Shown here one piece after another: positions 7,882 to 17,339 of a DNA stretch of 64,000 bases. A model generated the notes under the pieces. The model did no database searches. It was given only the letters and a program-made list of their open reading frames with translations, and was not told the origin of the DNA. Source of the stretch: a virus. A program made the translations under genes and the position numbers. The stretch lies in IMG/VR virus record IMGVR_UViG_3300024518_003060, positions 7,358-71,357 of that record. One strand, written 5' to 3'. Position 1 is the first letter of the stretch. Every line of letters begins with the position of its first letter.

Positions 7882-9880
7882 CTTCTAATTGCTCCAGGTC
7901 ATCAAACAATTTTTTAACGCTTTCATTGACTTCAAAGAGTTTGCGCTCTTCATCTTCATAATTAGTATTTTTATTCTCAAAGATTCCTTTATTGAGACCT
8001 AATAATTCTGCGGCGTCTGATGAGAGGTGGTTAAAGACTTGTCTTTTTGGCAATCTTGCCATTTCATGTGAGGCTTCGGCCTTCCAGCTTCTTCTTCTAG
8101 CTCCGCGAGGTCTGTCATCACCTTTCTTGGGGGAATAAGCCTTTCCTTTTGATCTTCTAGTGATCGTGTCTCCAGTCTTGGCATCGCGCCATTTTTGTGG
8201 ATAGCCGTCGTCACGCTTACCAGGAGGGGTTCCCTCGGCGGGAGGAGCGGCTATCATGCCTTCGGGGGAACCGGCTTCTTCGGGTGCGCCTTCTGCTCCG
8301 CCTTCATCTGGTGCGCTTTCTAAGTCCATCTCACCTCCCATATCAGCGCCCATATCTCCGCCCATATCTCCGCCCATATCTCCGCCGAGGTCACCCATAC
8401 CTCCGCCTCCGCCACCGGCCATTCCGCCTTCGGGTGCGGCTCCAGCGTTTTCAAGCTCTTGAGCAACTTGTTTGTCGTAGAAAAGCTCTCGTTGGTTGCG
8501 AATATATTCTTCGTCAGAAAGCTCAAAGATATTTTCTGCGATCCATCGTTTGCTAAGGAAGCCTTCAGGAACTGAAGTCATCACATCAAACTTAGTTTTC
8601 CAGTGTTCCAGTTCTTGCATTTCCGCAATCTTTGATGGGTTGTTGAGTTTAAGCTGGAATTTCAAAAGATCTTCTCCTCTAAATCCCAGAACATATAAAT
8701 GGACAGCGGCAATCTTTTCGAGTTCTGCGAGAACGCATCTTTGTAGTCTGTCGATTGTTCTGGCAAAACGAATGTCTTTTTGAGCTAGGGTTCCTTTCTC
8801 TTCGGCACCTTCGCCATAAGTTAAATAAGCTTGGGGAATCTTTAAGCCAGAGAACATCTTGTCTCTTAGGTATTTTACGTCGTCGATATCGCCTGTATAG
8901 GAGCCGCCGTTAAGATTTTCAATTTTAGTTTGGACGCCGCCACGGATAGGTACATAATAATCTTCTTCAATTGACATTGGGTTGTATCGCAAGTCGACTT
9001 GGCCGCTTGCTGGGTCAATAACTTGATTTCTCTTCATTGAAGTCATGAATCGTTGCATAAACTGCTCGACTTCAGTGGGAGGGATGTTTCCAACATCAAC
9101 ATAAAATACTTTTCTTTCTGGAGAACGCACAATGCGGTAGGCCATCATTGCATCTTCAAGCAAAGTAAGCTGTCTCCAAATGCGGCGAACCGGATCCAGA
9201 ACAGACGTTCCGTAAGGGGCAAATTTGTCGTTGCCTAAGATTCTAAAGTGGGCGCACTGCCAGTTTTCGAAAGTAATACCGGCACTATTCCACTGAAATT
9301 GTACATAATTTGGATTTTGTTTGTCCTCGCCTTCAATTCTTTCTACTTCACGAGAGGGGAGGCCAATGACTTGTTTGATCCCGAGCTTTTCGTCGATGTC
9401 CAGGTACAAGTAAAAGTCGCCATACTTACACATCGTTCTCGCCCAACCAAATAAGTTGTAATTAATGTTCAAAACTTGATTAAAAAGGATTTTCAAGATG
9501 CCTTTGATTTCTTCGTTGGAGGATTTGACCGTTAACATGGTGTTGTAGACGTTAAAAGTGGTCATTTCATCAGAATAAATGTCCAAAGCAGAGGCGATCT
9601 CTGGCGTGAATTCCATTTGGTCAAAGTCGTTATATCTTTGAAGGCGGCTTTGGGTTTGCATCGCAAAACTGGAAAAGTTGTTGTAGGGATTATAGTCGTA
9701 TCTTTCAAACTTCTGCCCCATAACATCTTTGAAGGTATTGGCATACTTGTCCATCCTTCTTCGTCTAAGCTGACGAGTGCTTTGGGAGCGATAGTTAATG
9801 ATTGGGCCTGAAAATAACCTTGTTAATCTTTTAAACAGGGCTGATTCAGAGTTCTTGGTGTTTTTAGCTTGATCGGCCAT
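7874..9880 (-). CDS. gp20: Portal protein, T4 gp20-like, with long low-complexity C-terminus
   Basis: PEIASALDIY, QLTLLEDAMMAYRIVRSPERKVFYVDVGN, EEDYYVP, DIDDVKY, DIRFARTIDRLQ. Confidence 0.93.
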   Translation of the reverse strand: MADQAKNTKNSESALFKRLTRLFSGPIINYRSQSTRQLRRRRMDKYANTFKDVMGQKFERYDYNPYNNFSSFAMQTQSRLQRYNDFDQMEFTPEIASALDIYSDEMTTFNVYNTMLTVKSSNEEIKGILKILFNQVLNINYNLFGWARTMCKYGDFYLYLDIDEKLGIKQVIGLPSREVERIEGEDKQNPNYVQFQWNSAGITFENWQCAHFRILGNDKFAPYGTSVLDPVRRIWRQLTLLEDAMMAYRIVRSPERKVFYVDVGNIPPTEVEQFMQRFMTSMKRNQVIDPASGQVDLRYNPMSIEEDYYVPIRGGVQTKIENLNGGSYTGDIDDVKYLRDKMFSGLKIPQAYLTYGEGAEEKGTLAQKDIRFARTIDRLQRCVLAELEKIAAVHLYVLGFRGEDLLKFQLKLNNPSKIAEMQELEHWKTKFDVMTSVPEGFLSKRWIAENIFELSDEEYIRNQRELFYDKQVAQELENAGAAPEGGMAGGGGGGMGDLGGDMGGDMGGDMGADMGGEMDLESAPDEGGAEGAPEEAGSPEGMIAAPPAEGTPPGKRDDGYPQKWRDAKTGDTITRRSKGKAYSPKKGDDRPRGARRRSWKAEASHEMARLPKRQVFNHLSSDAAELLGLNKGIFENKNTNYEDEERKLFEVNESVKKLFDDLEQLEDE
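8337..8386. repeat. 12-bp tandem repeat (CCCATATCTCCG x4, one variant) encoding GGDM repeats in portal tail
   Basis: Units begin at 8337, 8349, 8361 and 8373. Confidence 0.9.
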
Positions 9881-9883
9881 TTT

Positions 9884-11461
9884 TTATCCTTTTATAATCC
9901 ATAAGTTTTCTTTGATTTTTTGTTGTTCGTCAAAGGCTCTTTCTACCATCGTTGATTTTTGCATACCTGGAATCTTTGTACTCAACTGAGTGTCTGATTT
10001 AATAATTGAATTCATAAATGCCTTTTTGTACTCAATTTCTTTTTTGTTTTCTATGATAGCAGTATCTCTAACCCAACAACCAATGGAAGCTGCCATAACT
10101 AAATCATCATTGTAGTTACGCTGTGCTTCGGGGCGACCATTTCTCCAGATGAACGTGTCTAGTTCGCTCGCTAATCTCGTAGAATAAATAGTTAATACTT
10201 TATTTCTAATAAATTCTTCGAACTTAGCGATAATCAAAGGTCGAGTTTTTTGTGACGTGGTGAACCCTGGAATAACTGAGGAATCTCCTTGCGCTGCGTA
10301 TTGTTCTACATAGCTATGAGTTCCTTTCCTGGAGAAGTAGATATTTTTGTATTCCTTCTCGATTAGTTTATCTAGAACATGAAAGCCAACAGAGTTGTTT
10401 TCAACAACAAGCATTGCTCCATTATATTCATTGCCAGTGGTGTACAGTATTTCTGAGAATAGATCAGGAGTTGGCTTGCCTTTGTACTCGCAAACGATTT
10501 CCATCGTTTCAAGATTAAAAACGTGGAAGGTGCTTGAGTCCATTCCGTCGCCTCTGGCTACATCTGCTACAAGCAAATAAGTGTTGCTGTCTGAAGGTTC
10601 TTTCCAAATCCAAGTGTTTCTATCAAAGCCGACTCTATATTTTGGTTCCATAACGGTGGCTTTGATTCTCACAATGTCGTCTGGATGGATTACGGTGTCA
10701 CCTGAAGTATTAAAGTTACATTCATACTCTTGGGCGATCTGTCTCTGGCTCATATTTTTTGTTTCAGTGTCGAACCATTCTTTATCTCTTTCTGGGTGTT
10801 GATCCCAGAATAGTCTCACTGGGTAGAATTCATTGTCTGCTGCTTCTGCATTAACGTATGTTTCGTGGAACCAGTCACCAACACCATTTGGCGTAGAAAT
10901 GGCGATGCAACGTCCACCAGTTGAGATTGTGGGGTAGAGGCCGGTCCAGAGGTCTTCAAGGCCCTCAATGTGTGCCGCCTCGTCTATAACGAGCAACGAA
11001 AGAGCCTCTGAACGTCCAGCGTCACCTGAAGTTGAAGAAGCTTTCACTTGACTTCCATTGGTTAGCTCGATACTGTTCTTGTTGTCGACAGCAAAATCAG
11101 AGATTCTTAGCCATTCTGGGAGATGTTTTAAAATAGTTTTGACTTTTTTGACCATGTTGGCTGCTGTGGCAAGCTTTGTGGCCACTATGAGAACGTTTTT
11201 GTCCCTATGGAAGAGACAGAGCCAAGCAACGTAAGCTGCTGTAATCGTTGAGATTCCAAGCTGCCTTGCCTTGAGTACTACAATAAAGCGATGCAGGTCA
11301 AGGTTTTCAACCAGTTCACTTTGAAAATCATATGTTTTAAACGGAATCAGGCCCTTGCCAGGGTGGGGAATTTTCGCATAAGTGTTAATAAAATAAACGG
11401 GCTTTTTGCCACACTTAACAATCTCTTTGATTATCTGTTCTTTGGTTAATTCGTAGGCCAT
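9884..11461 (-). CDS. terL: Terminase large subunit, T4 gp17-like
   Basis: LKARQLGIST (Walker A), LLVIDEAAH (Walker B), STPNG, QEYEC, ADVARG nuclease motif, DDLVMA. Confidence 0.95.
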   Translation of the reverse strand: MAYELTKEQIIKEIVKCGKKPVYFINTYAKIPHPGKGLIPFKTYDFQSELVENLDLHRFIVVLKARQLGISTITAAYVAWLCLFHRDKNVLIVATKLATAANMVKKVKTILKHLPEWLRISDFAVDNKNSIELTNGSQVKASSTSGDAGRSEALSLLVIDEAAHIEGLEDLWTGLYPTISTGGRCIAISTPNGVGDWFHETYVNAEAADNEFYPVRLFWDQHPERDKEWFDTETKNMSQRQIAQEYECNFNTSGDTVIHPDDIVRIKATVMEPKYRVGFDRNTWIWKEPSDSNTYLLVADVARGDGMDSSTFHVFNLETMEIVCEYKGKPTPDLFSEILYTTGNEYNGAMLVVENNSVGFHVLDKLIEKEYKNIYFSRKGTHSYVEQYAAQGDSSVIPGFTTSQKTRPLIIAKFEEFIRNKVLTIYSTRLASELDTFIWRNGRPEAQRNYNDDLVMAASIGCWVRDTAIIENKKEIEYKKAFMNSIIKSDTQLSTKIPGMQKSTMVERAFDEQQKIKENLWIIKG

Positions 11462-12009
11462 TAATCATTTTTTTTAGTAACGTTTTTAGGCTTTTTATCA
11501 CTCTTAAGATCAAGAAACTTCTTAAAGTCTTTATCAAGACGATCTTCAGAGGGATCTCCAACCGGCATAACATCTTTCAAACTACCAACTGTGTAAGTTT
11601 TCTGGCACTCAACCCAAGTACGAAGCTTGGACATATTTTGCATTAGAATGTTACAAGGGCCATCTGCCTTGAGATCTACAGTTTTGCCTGTGATCTTCTT
11701 GTATTCCTTCTTAAGAAACTTAACAATATCAGCATAAGTTTGTTCGATTTCTTGGTCAAGTTTTGTGTTGTGTACGTCTTTAAGCGGTAGCTCAGACTGA
11801 TAGGAAACAATCAGTTTGGGACCACTAAAACGGACCTTAAATCCATCAATGACTCGGGAATCGTTGAGGGCACAACCCTCTTCTCGTTTGAGGCCGACGG
11901 GCTTATCTTCTCCATCGACAACAAATCTTTTATCATGTGAACCATCGTAGGCATTTGCTGCCGCCTGATTAAGTCCTATTACAATATCATTTACAGTCAT
12001 AGTCGCCAT
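11461..12009 (-). CDS. Hypothetical protein
   Basis: 182 aa, stop overlaps the terL start. Confidence 0.7.
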   Translation of the reverse strand: MATMTVNDIVIGLNQAAANAYDGSHDKRFVVDGEDKPVGLKREEGCALNDSRVIDGFKVRFSGPKLIVSYQSELPLKDVHNTKLDQEIEQTYADIVKFLKKEYKKITGKTVDLKADGPCNILMQNMSKLRTWVECQKTYTVGSLKDVMPVGDPSEDRLDKDFKKFLDLKSDKKPKNVTKKND

Positions 12010-12408
12010 TTAATTTTGCTCCTTTTTAGGTCTCCAACCGTTTAACCATCTTTCTTCTCTATCTTCGATCCACTGAATGTAGCAATTAAAGCAGCATTCA
12101 TATTTATTCATGTAGAGATCGTCTCTTATTTTAAAAGAATAAGTCTCACAAGTGGGACAAACTCTTTTAGTTTCTTTAGTAATTAGATTTTTAGGTAGTA
12201 AAAAACCATCTTTCTCAGTTTTCTCACTTTCTTCTTCTCTTTTTCTTTTGTTTTCATAAAACTCTTTTGATTGAATGAGATATTCTTCTTCTTTTTCATC
12301 GTCCCAAAGTGACTTCGGATTCAAGATAGTTTCAGTGCCAAACTTTTTAGCAATGGCTTTTTCTATAGCCGCTATTTTGTTGAGGTCTTTGCTCACTTTA
12401 GGCTTCAA
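12010..12408 (-). CDS. Hypothetical zinc-finger protein
   Basis: CPTC...CCFNC motif near the C-terminus. Confidence 0.7.
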   Translation of the reverse strand: MKPKVSKDLNKIAAIEKAIAKKFGTETILNPKSLWDDEKEEEYLIQSKEFYENKRKREEESEKTEKDGFLLPKNLITKETKRVCPTCETYSFKIRDDLYMNKYECCFNCYIQWIEDREERWLNGWRPKKEQN

Positions 12409-13024
12409 AACTGATGGTTTCCCACTCGCCGTTCGCTACAATCTTTAAGAGGTGGGTATCCTCTTCATAAATCATAAGACCATTTATGGCAGAAGACGCA
12501 GTGGGTTTTGCGCCGCTGAGTACTCTCGGTAACATAAATCCTTGATCGCTAGAAGATAGTTCTAGGATTGCGTCATCGTTTGGTTCGGTTGTTCCAATGC
12601 CAACTTCACCAGTATCGTTGATCGCCATTTTTGGTGTTGCACTGGCATAGCGACCGTTGGTTGATGTTGAAAATACCATATTAACTGCGGAGGCAATATG
12701 AAGGTCGTTGTTGGATGGTGCCGTCGCATGGTAAATGGCAGAGTCAACGAAGCCGCCGTCTTGTCTGAAAATGATAATTGGGTTATCGCCTTCATTGTTG
12801 TTGTCCGTATCGGCTTCTAAAATAAGTGTAGCGTCAGTTGTTGCTGTGCTGATGTGTAGCAAGCCATCAGGAGAGTCTGTACCGATTCCGACTCTATCGT
12901 TGGATGCCGAAACATAAAGAGTACCAGCATCTATATCAACGGCGTCATCGCCGCTTCCTAAATCAATTTCGCCGTCAACTATTAAAGAACCAGTTATATT
13001 TGCGCTGCTGCCATATTCAGACAT
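12398..13024 (-). CDS. Tail fibre-like/virion protein (start reassigned to ATG 13024)
   Basis: Two VGIGT..P fibre motifs; AILELSSSDQGFMLPR; SD GGAGG before ATG 13024. The longer track ORF runs through a terminator. Confidence 0.7.
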   Translation of the reverse strand: MSEYGSSANITGSLIVDGEIDLGSGDDAVDIDAGTLYVSASNDRVGIGTDSPDGLLHISTATTDATLILEADTDNNNEGDNPIIIFRQDGGFVDSAIYHATAPSNNDLHIASAVNMVFSTSTNGRYASATPKMAINDTGEVGIGTTEPNDDAILELSSSDQGFMLPRVLSGAKPTASSAINGLMIYEEDTHLLKIVANGEWETISFEA

Positions 13025-13044
13025 TGTGTCCTCCGGTAATGTAT

Positions 13045-13067
13045 TATTATACCACAAGTTAATTAGG
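13045..13067 (-). promoter_or_regulatory. Putative promoters: CCTAATTA late motif and TGGTATAAT extended -10
   Basis: Minus strand GCCTAATTAACTTGTGGTATAAT between the terminator and the SD. Confidence 0.45.
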
Positions 13068-13072
13068 CTTTT

Positions 13073-13105
13073 AAAAAAAAAGGGAAGGGGTTTGACCCCC
13101 CTCCC
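13073..13105 (-). terminator. Intrinsic terminator after long fibre gene
   Basis: Minus strand GGGAGGGGGGTCAAACCCCTTCCC followed by T9. Confidence 0.88.
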
Positions 13106-13131
13106 AACAAACAATTAGACTAAAAAGTCAA

Positions 13132-15636
13132 TTACTTGTCAAGCTTCTCTTGGAGAGCTTTAATTTGAACAGATTGTTCTTGAATTGCTTTGACGAGAAC
13201 GGAAGTCAAGCGACCGTAATCTACACCAAGTAATCCATCATCATTACCATGAACAGCTTGAGGAATGACTTTCTTAAGATCTTGGGCTAAGAAGCCAAAG
13301 TCTTGAGAACCGTCTTTCTTCCAAGTAAAGTTAACAGCTTTGATAGAATTAACAGTCTTAAGTGCGTTGTTCATTTCAACAACATCAGTCTTAAGTCTTT
13401 CATCCGAATAAGTAACGAAAGCGGCTGCTCTGATTTTGTTCTTGGCGGAAGAGCCATCTTTAACATCAACAGCATAATCAGTAGCGGCGTCACCACCAAA
13501 ACGAGCAGTTTCGGTTCCCGATTGATAAAGAATTAAAGAATTCAAATCAGGTTCGTAAGCAATGTTGTGATTAACCGAGCCAGTACCATTAAGGATAAAG
13601 TCAGCGGCGGCTTGTTGGCCATCATTGTGCTCGAATATACCTGAGCCATCATAAAAAGCCAACTCAGTGCCGGAATTATTTAAAATGGAAAAAGCAGTAT
13701 CGGCGTTGTCGGTGCCCAATGTAAAGCTGAATCCGTCGCCGTCATCAGTACCTTGAGCATCAAAAGACATAAGGTTAGCAGCATTGAAAACAAGGTTAGC
13801 AGCAACATTTGCTGATTCGCCTTGACCTGCGGACAACGTAATATGATTTGCTCCAGTAGACTTAACGCTTTGGGCGCCAGCGCCTTGGACAACAAGTCGT
13901 GTAGCTGCGGAGTTAGTACCAATAGTAACAGCGTCGATAGCTCCACCATTGACATCAGCAGTACCAATGACAGTCGTTCCCGTGAACGTAACATTGCCAT
14001 TGCTAAGAGTCATCAAGTCAGTATCAGCAGCACAACCAATGGTTAAACCATTATCGACAGTAAGAGAGCGACCAGAAAGCGTAGTAGAAGCAGACAGCGC
14101 AGTACCAACATTAACTGTACCGGCGACGGTAAGTGTGTTGGCAGCAAGAGTCATAAGATCAGTATCAGCAGCACAGCCAATTGTGCCCCCAGTATCAGCC
14201 GTAAAAGAACGACCTTTAACTGTAGTAGAAGCAGACATCGCAGTACTAGCGTTAACTGTACCGGCAACGGTAAGCGTGTTGGCAGCAAGAGTCAGCAAGT
14301 CGGTGTCAGCAGCACAACCAATAGTTAAGCCAGTATCAACAGTAATAGAACGAGCAGAAATGCCTTGCGAAGCAGACATCGTTGTGCCAGCAGTAACAAA
14401 TGTTCCACCAGCAAAACTTCCACCAGAAACAGCACCAGAACCAGAAACTGTAGTAGCGTTAGCTGCTCCAGCAACGGTAAGCGTGTTAGCAGTAAGAGTC
14501 ATAAGATCAGCATCTGCAACGATTCCAACGGTTCCGCCGTTGTCAATCATCAATCCCTGGCCAGCAACGCGGCCTGAGCCAGATACTGTAGTGGAATTGG
14601 TGGCACCTGCAATGGTAAGAGTGTTGGCAGTAAGAGTCAGAAGATCAGTATCAGCAGCGCAACCAATAGTTAAGCCAGTATCAACGGTAAGCGAACGAGC
14701 AGAAATGCCTTGCGAAGCAGACATCGTTGTGCCAGCAGTAACAGTTGTGCCGAAAGAACCTGTCCCACCAGAAACACCAGCAGAAGCAGAAAGCGAAGTA
14801 GCGTTAGCTGCTCCAGCAACGGTAAGAGTGTTGGCGGTAAGAGTCAGAAGATCAGTATCAGCAGCGAGGCCGATTGTACCGCCAGTGTCAACAACCAACT
14901 TCATACCAGAAAGCTGGCCTGAACCAGAAACTGTAGTGGAATTGGTGGCACCTGCGACGGTAAGAGTGTTGGCAGTGAGCGTCATAAGATCGGTGTCAGC
15001 AGCACAACCAATTGTGCCACCAGTATCAGCCGTAAAAGAACGACCAGAGACCGTAGTAGAACCAGAAACGCTGCCAAAAGTAGAAGCACCAGTAGAAGTG
15101 ATTGCTCCGCAACCAATTGTACCAATAGTAGCAATATTTTTACTACCATCAAGTACGACGGCTTTACTTGCGGCGGCAGTACCAGCGACAACGCCATCAA
15201 TAAAGCCAGCTTCATCTTCACTTATTGAAGTAGAGCCGATTGTAAGAGTAGCATCATGAACGGTAAGATCGGTACAAAAAATTGACGAGGCGCTCATAAT
15301 AGAGGCTGTGAGTTGTTCAATTCCGTCGATGAATTTTTCAGCGTCAAGAACCAAAGCTTTACTAGCACCCGCTGTACCAATAGTGATACCATTAAGATAA
15401 TCTAATTCAGCCTCAACGAGTACAACGTTGCCAATGGTAAGGCTTGTTTCGCCAGTTATTGAACCGGCAGTTTCAATCCCTGAATTAAAAAAGAATGTGG
15501 TTTCGGTGGCGGTCGAACCGGACAGCCAAAACGCACCACTCATTTCTGGTCCAGCGCCGGTATCGCCAGCAGAACCAGTGTAGTGTTGTAGGTCAACATA
15601 ATCAGAGTATGAAGACACTTGTGAATAAACAGACAT
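13132..15636 (-). CDS. Tail fibre with internal repeats and C-terminal peptidase S74 intramolecular chaperone
   Basis: Thr/Ser/Gly/Ala-rich repeats; YSDERLKTDV...FTWK...GFLAQDL...VDYGRL plus a coiled coil. Confidence 0.88.
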   Translation of the reverse strand: MSVYSQVSSYSDYVDLQHYTGSAGDTGAGPEMSGAFWLSGSTATETTFFFNSGIETAGSITGETSLTIGNVVLVEAELDYLNGITIGTAGASKALVLDAEKFIDGIEQLTASIMSASSIFCTDLTVHDATLTIGSTSISEDEAGFIDGVVAGTAAASKAVVLDGSKNIATIGTIGCGAITSTGASTFGSVSGSTTVSGRSFTADTGGTIGCAADTDLMTLTANTLTVAGATNSTTVSGSGQLSGMKLVVDTGGTIGLAADTDLLTLTANTLTVAGAANATSLSASAGVSGGTGSFGTTVTAGTTMSASQGISARSLTVDTGLTIGCAADTDLLTLTANTLTIAGATNSTTVSGSGRVAGQGLMIDNGGTVGIVADADLMTLTANTLTVAGAANATTVSGSGAVSGGSFAGGTFVTAGTTMSASQGISARSITVDTGLTIGCAADTDLLTLAANTLTVAGTVNASTAMSASTTVKGRSFTADTGGTIGCAADTDLMTLAANTLTVAGTVNVGTALSASTTLSGRSLTVDNGLTIGCAADTDLMTLSNGNVTFTGTTVIGTADVNGGAIDAVTIGTNSAATRLVVQGAGAQSVKSTGANHITLSAGQGESANVAANLVFNAANLMSFDAQGTDDGDGFSFTLGTDNADTAFSILNNSGTELAFYDGSGIFEHNDGQQAAADFILNGTGSVNHNIAYEPDLNSLILYQSGTETARFGGDAATDYAVDVKDGSSAKNKIRAAAFVTYSDERLKTDVVEMNNALKTVNSIKAVNFTWKKDGSQDFGFLAQDLKKVIPQAVHGNDDGLLGVDYGRLTSVLVKAIQEQSVQIKALQEKLDK
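14000..15060. repeat. Seven imperfect repeats (TIGCAADTDLxTL core) inside the fibre gene
   Basis: Core copies at about 14021, 14162, 14303, 14510, 14648, 14855 and 14993; spacings 141, 141, 207, 138, 207, 138. Confidence 0.9.
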
Positions 15637-15687
15637 AGTATATTTCCCCCCATAGGAAATTCCTCTTTTATGAGGAATGTGTAGGGG

Positions 15688-15695
15688 TAATTAGT
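15688..15695 (-). promoter_or_regulatory. Putative late promoter ACTAATTA
   Basis: Recurrent motif about 52 nt upstream of ATG 15636, followed by a hairpin leader. Confidence 0.6.
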
Positions 15696-16490
15696 CTATG
15701 ATTGGCTTTCAGTACTGCGTTTTAGTGAAATAATTTCAGATTTTAATTCATCTATTTGAAGTTGTTGAGCTTTTATTCCCTCAATTAAAATTGGTACGAT
15801 TCGAGTGTAATCCATGCTAAGAGCTTTCTTTCCTTTCTCTTCCCACTCAACAATATTTGGAAGCTCTTTCCCTATTTCCTCTGCGATGAATCCGAAGTCT
15901 GAAGAATTATTTTCTTTCCAAGAGAAGGTTACACCTCTTACATTAGAAATGATCTGGAGAGGGTTCTGAATGGTCTCGACATTCTCTTTAAATCTAATTG
16001 AAGAGTAGGTCATGTATGCGTTTGCTTTGACTCTGCCAGCGGCTCCTGCTGTATCTGGCAATGTTATGGCGTGTGTTATATTGGCTCCTGTTGCGCCGAT
16101 CCCTAAATAGCCTGTGGAGTCGTCGTAACTTAAATTAGAAGCTCCCCCAAAGGCGCCGCCATTATTATATTGTATTTGAGTATCGGAGCCAGCGACAGAA
16201 GTTCCAAGCTGGCTTATATTAACATATTTAACGTTATTGCTATCGTCTACGTCAGCAATTAATACAAGATCGCTGGTGCTGACTGTAATTCCTGTACCAT
16301 CTGAGGCTGCTTTAATAAGGGAATCGTCACCACCGTAATCAATATTTAAAGTAACTGCACCTGAGTTGCCGCCGCCCGTTAGACCAGTGCCAGCAGTGAC
16401 GGCACTGATATCACCAGTGGCCTCTTCCTGAAGATCTACGATTATCTCTTCAAGTTTTGCTCTACTATAATTTCCAATCCCCCGTGCCAT
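15696..16490 (-). CDS. Short tail fibre/spike protein with S74-type chaperone domain
   Basis: GDISAVTAGTGLTGGG, GSDTQIQYNNGGAFGG, YSSIRFKENV...GFIAEE...MDYTRI. Confidence 0.82.
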   Translation of the reverse strand: MARGIGNYSRAKLEEIIVDLQEEATGDISAVTAGTGLTGGGNSGAVTLNIDYGGDDSLIKAASDGTGITVSTSDLVLIADVDDSNNVKYVNISQLGTSVAGSDTQIQYNNGGAFGGASNLSYDDSTGYLGIGATGANITHAITLPDTAGAAGRVKANAYMTYSSIRFKENVETIQNPLQIISNVRGVTFSWKENNSSDFGFIAEEIGKELPNIVEWEEKGKKALSMDYTRIVPILIEGIKAQQLQIDELKSEIISLKRSTESQS

Positions 16491-16497
16491 CGCATAA

Positions 16498-16944
16498 TTA
16501 CCTCTCTATTGCGTACATGACAGCAAGAGTCAAACCGATACCGGCCAGAATCCCGCCTGTGGCCCAAAGAGTAGAATAGTCATTCGTATTCAAAGCGATA
16601 GAACTGAGTCTTTCTATCTCTTGGTCCTTAATCTTAATTATAGCGCCGTACCTATTTTCGAGAGATTCATATGAAACTTTTTGGGAATCAATTAGTGCTT
16701 GAAGTCGAGCTTTCTCTTTATTTACTTGGAAGTTGATCTTAAGTTCGCACTCTTTTTCGAAGTACGATTTTTCTGCCAAGACCTCTGCGGCTGCGACTGA
16801 ATTGAAAAGGACTCCAGCAAAAGGGGCCTTCTCATTTTTTTTGATGCTGTGTACTTTTGGTCCTTCTTCTGGTGGTTCGGCCAAGACATAGCTTGGAAAG
16901 GCCAGCAAAAAGACCAGAAGGAAAGCGATTGTTTTATTCAACAT
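16498..16944 (-). CDS. Exported protein with signal peptide and C-terminal TM helix (spanin-like position)
   Basis: MLNKTIAFLLVFLLAFPSYVLA|E signal, coiled coil, C-terminal hydrophobic helix; overlaps the upstream gene. Confidence 0.55.
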   Translation of the reverse strand: MLNKTIAFLLVFLLAFPSYVLAEPPEEGPKVHSIKKNEKAPFAGVLFNSVAAAEVLAEKSYFEKECELKINFQVNKEKARLQALIDSQKVSYESLENRYGAIIKIKDQEIERLSSIALNTNDYSTLWATGGILAGIGLTLAVMYAIER

Positions 16945-17338
16945 TGTTAAACCCATATTTTTCAGCAATTAGTTTAGCTAACTCATCAGGATCATCATAA
17001 TACTTTTCAATAAGATCTTTAACCTCTTTTTTCTTTGAGGCTTCAAGTTCTTTATTGTCTTTCTTATATTCTTCTTCTAATTTAGAAATCAACTCATTGT
17101 ATTTCTTTGTGACTTCATCACGTTTTGCGATCTCCTCTTTGTGGGAGTCGTTGATTACCTTGATTTGACTTTCTAGACTTTCTTCTCGAATCTTAAGAAT
17201 CTCATGTGCCCTGTCTTTTTTGCCAAAGATGAACCACAATACTAAAGTGTACAAGATTACAGCCGGAATATACCAATAGTGCCTTATCCAAGTCCATATT
17301 TTTTTAAGGGTGGCTTTAATTGTCAACATAGTAAACAT
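16934..17338 (-). CDS. Membrane-anchored coiled-coil protein (i-spanin-like)
   Basis: One N-terminal TM helix (YWYIPAVILYTLVLWFIFG) followed by a charged coiled coil. Confidence 0.55.
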   Translation of the reverse strand: MFTMLTIKATLKKIWTWIRHYWYIPAVILYTLVLWFIFGKKDRAHEILKIREESLESQIKVINDSHKEEIAKRDEVTKKYNELISKLEEEYKKDNKELEASKKKEVKDLIEKYYDDPDELAKLIAEKYGFNNVE

Positions 17339-17339
17339 T

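Noticed and set aside
7874-11461. Inteins or introns in terminase or portal
   Set aside because: Motif spacing is normal; no splice-junction or homing endonuclease motifs seen.
13025-13114. N-terminal extension of the 12398 ORF given in the track
   Set aside because: Runs through a terminator and promoter region; ATG 13024 has a GGAGG SD.
14000-15060. CRISPR array or DGR template/variable repeat pair
   Set aside because: Repeats are in frame, 138-207 nt, degenerate at codon level and have no unique spacers; no cas or reverse transcriptase gene in the window.
13949-15259. 436-aa plus-strand ORF
   Set aside because: Antisense shadow of the repetitive fibre gene; same-register mirror with low-complexity Val/Ala/Pro sequence and no independent signals.
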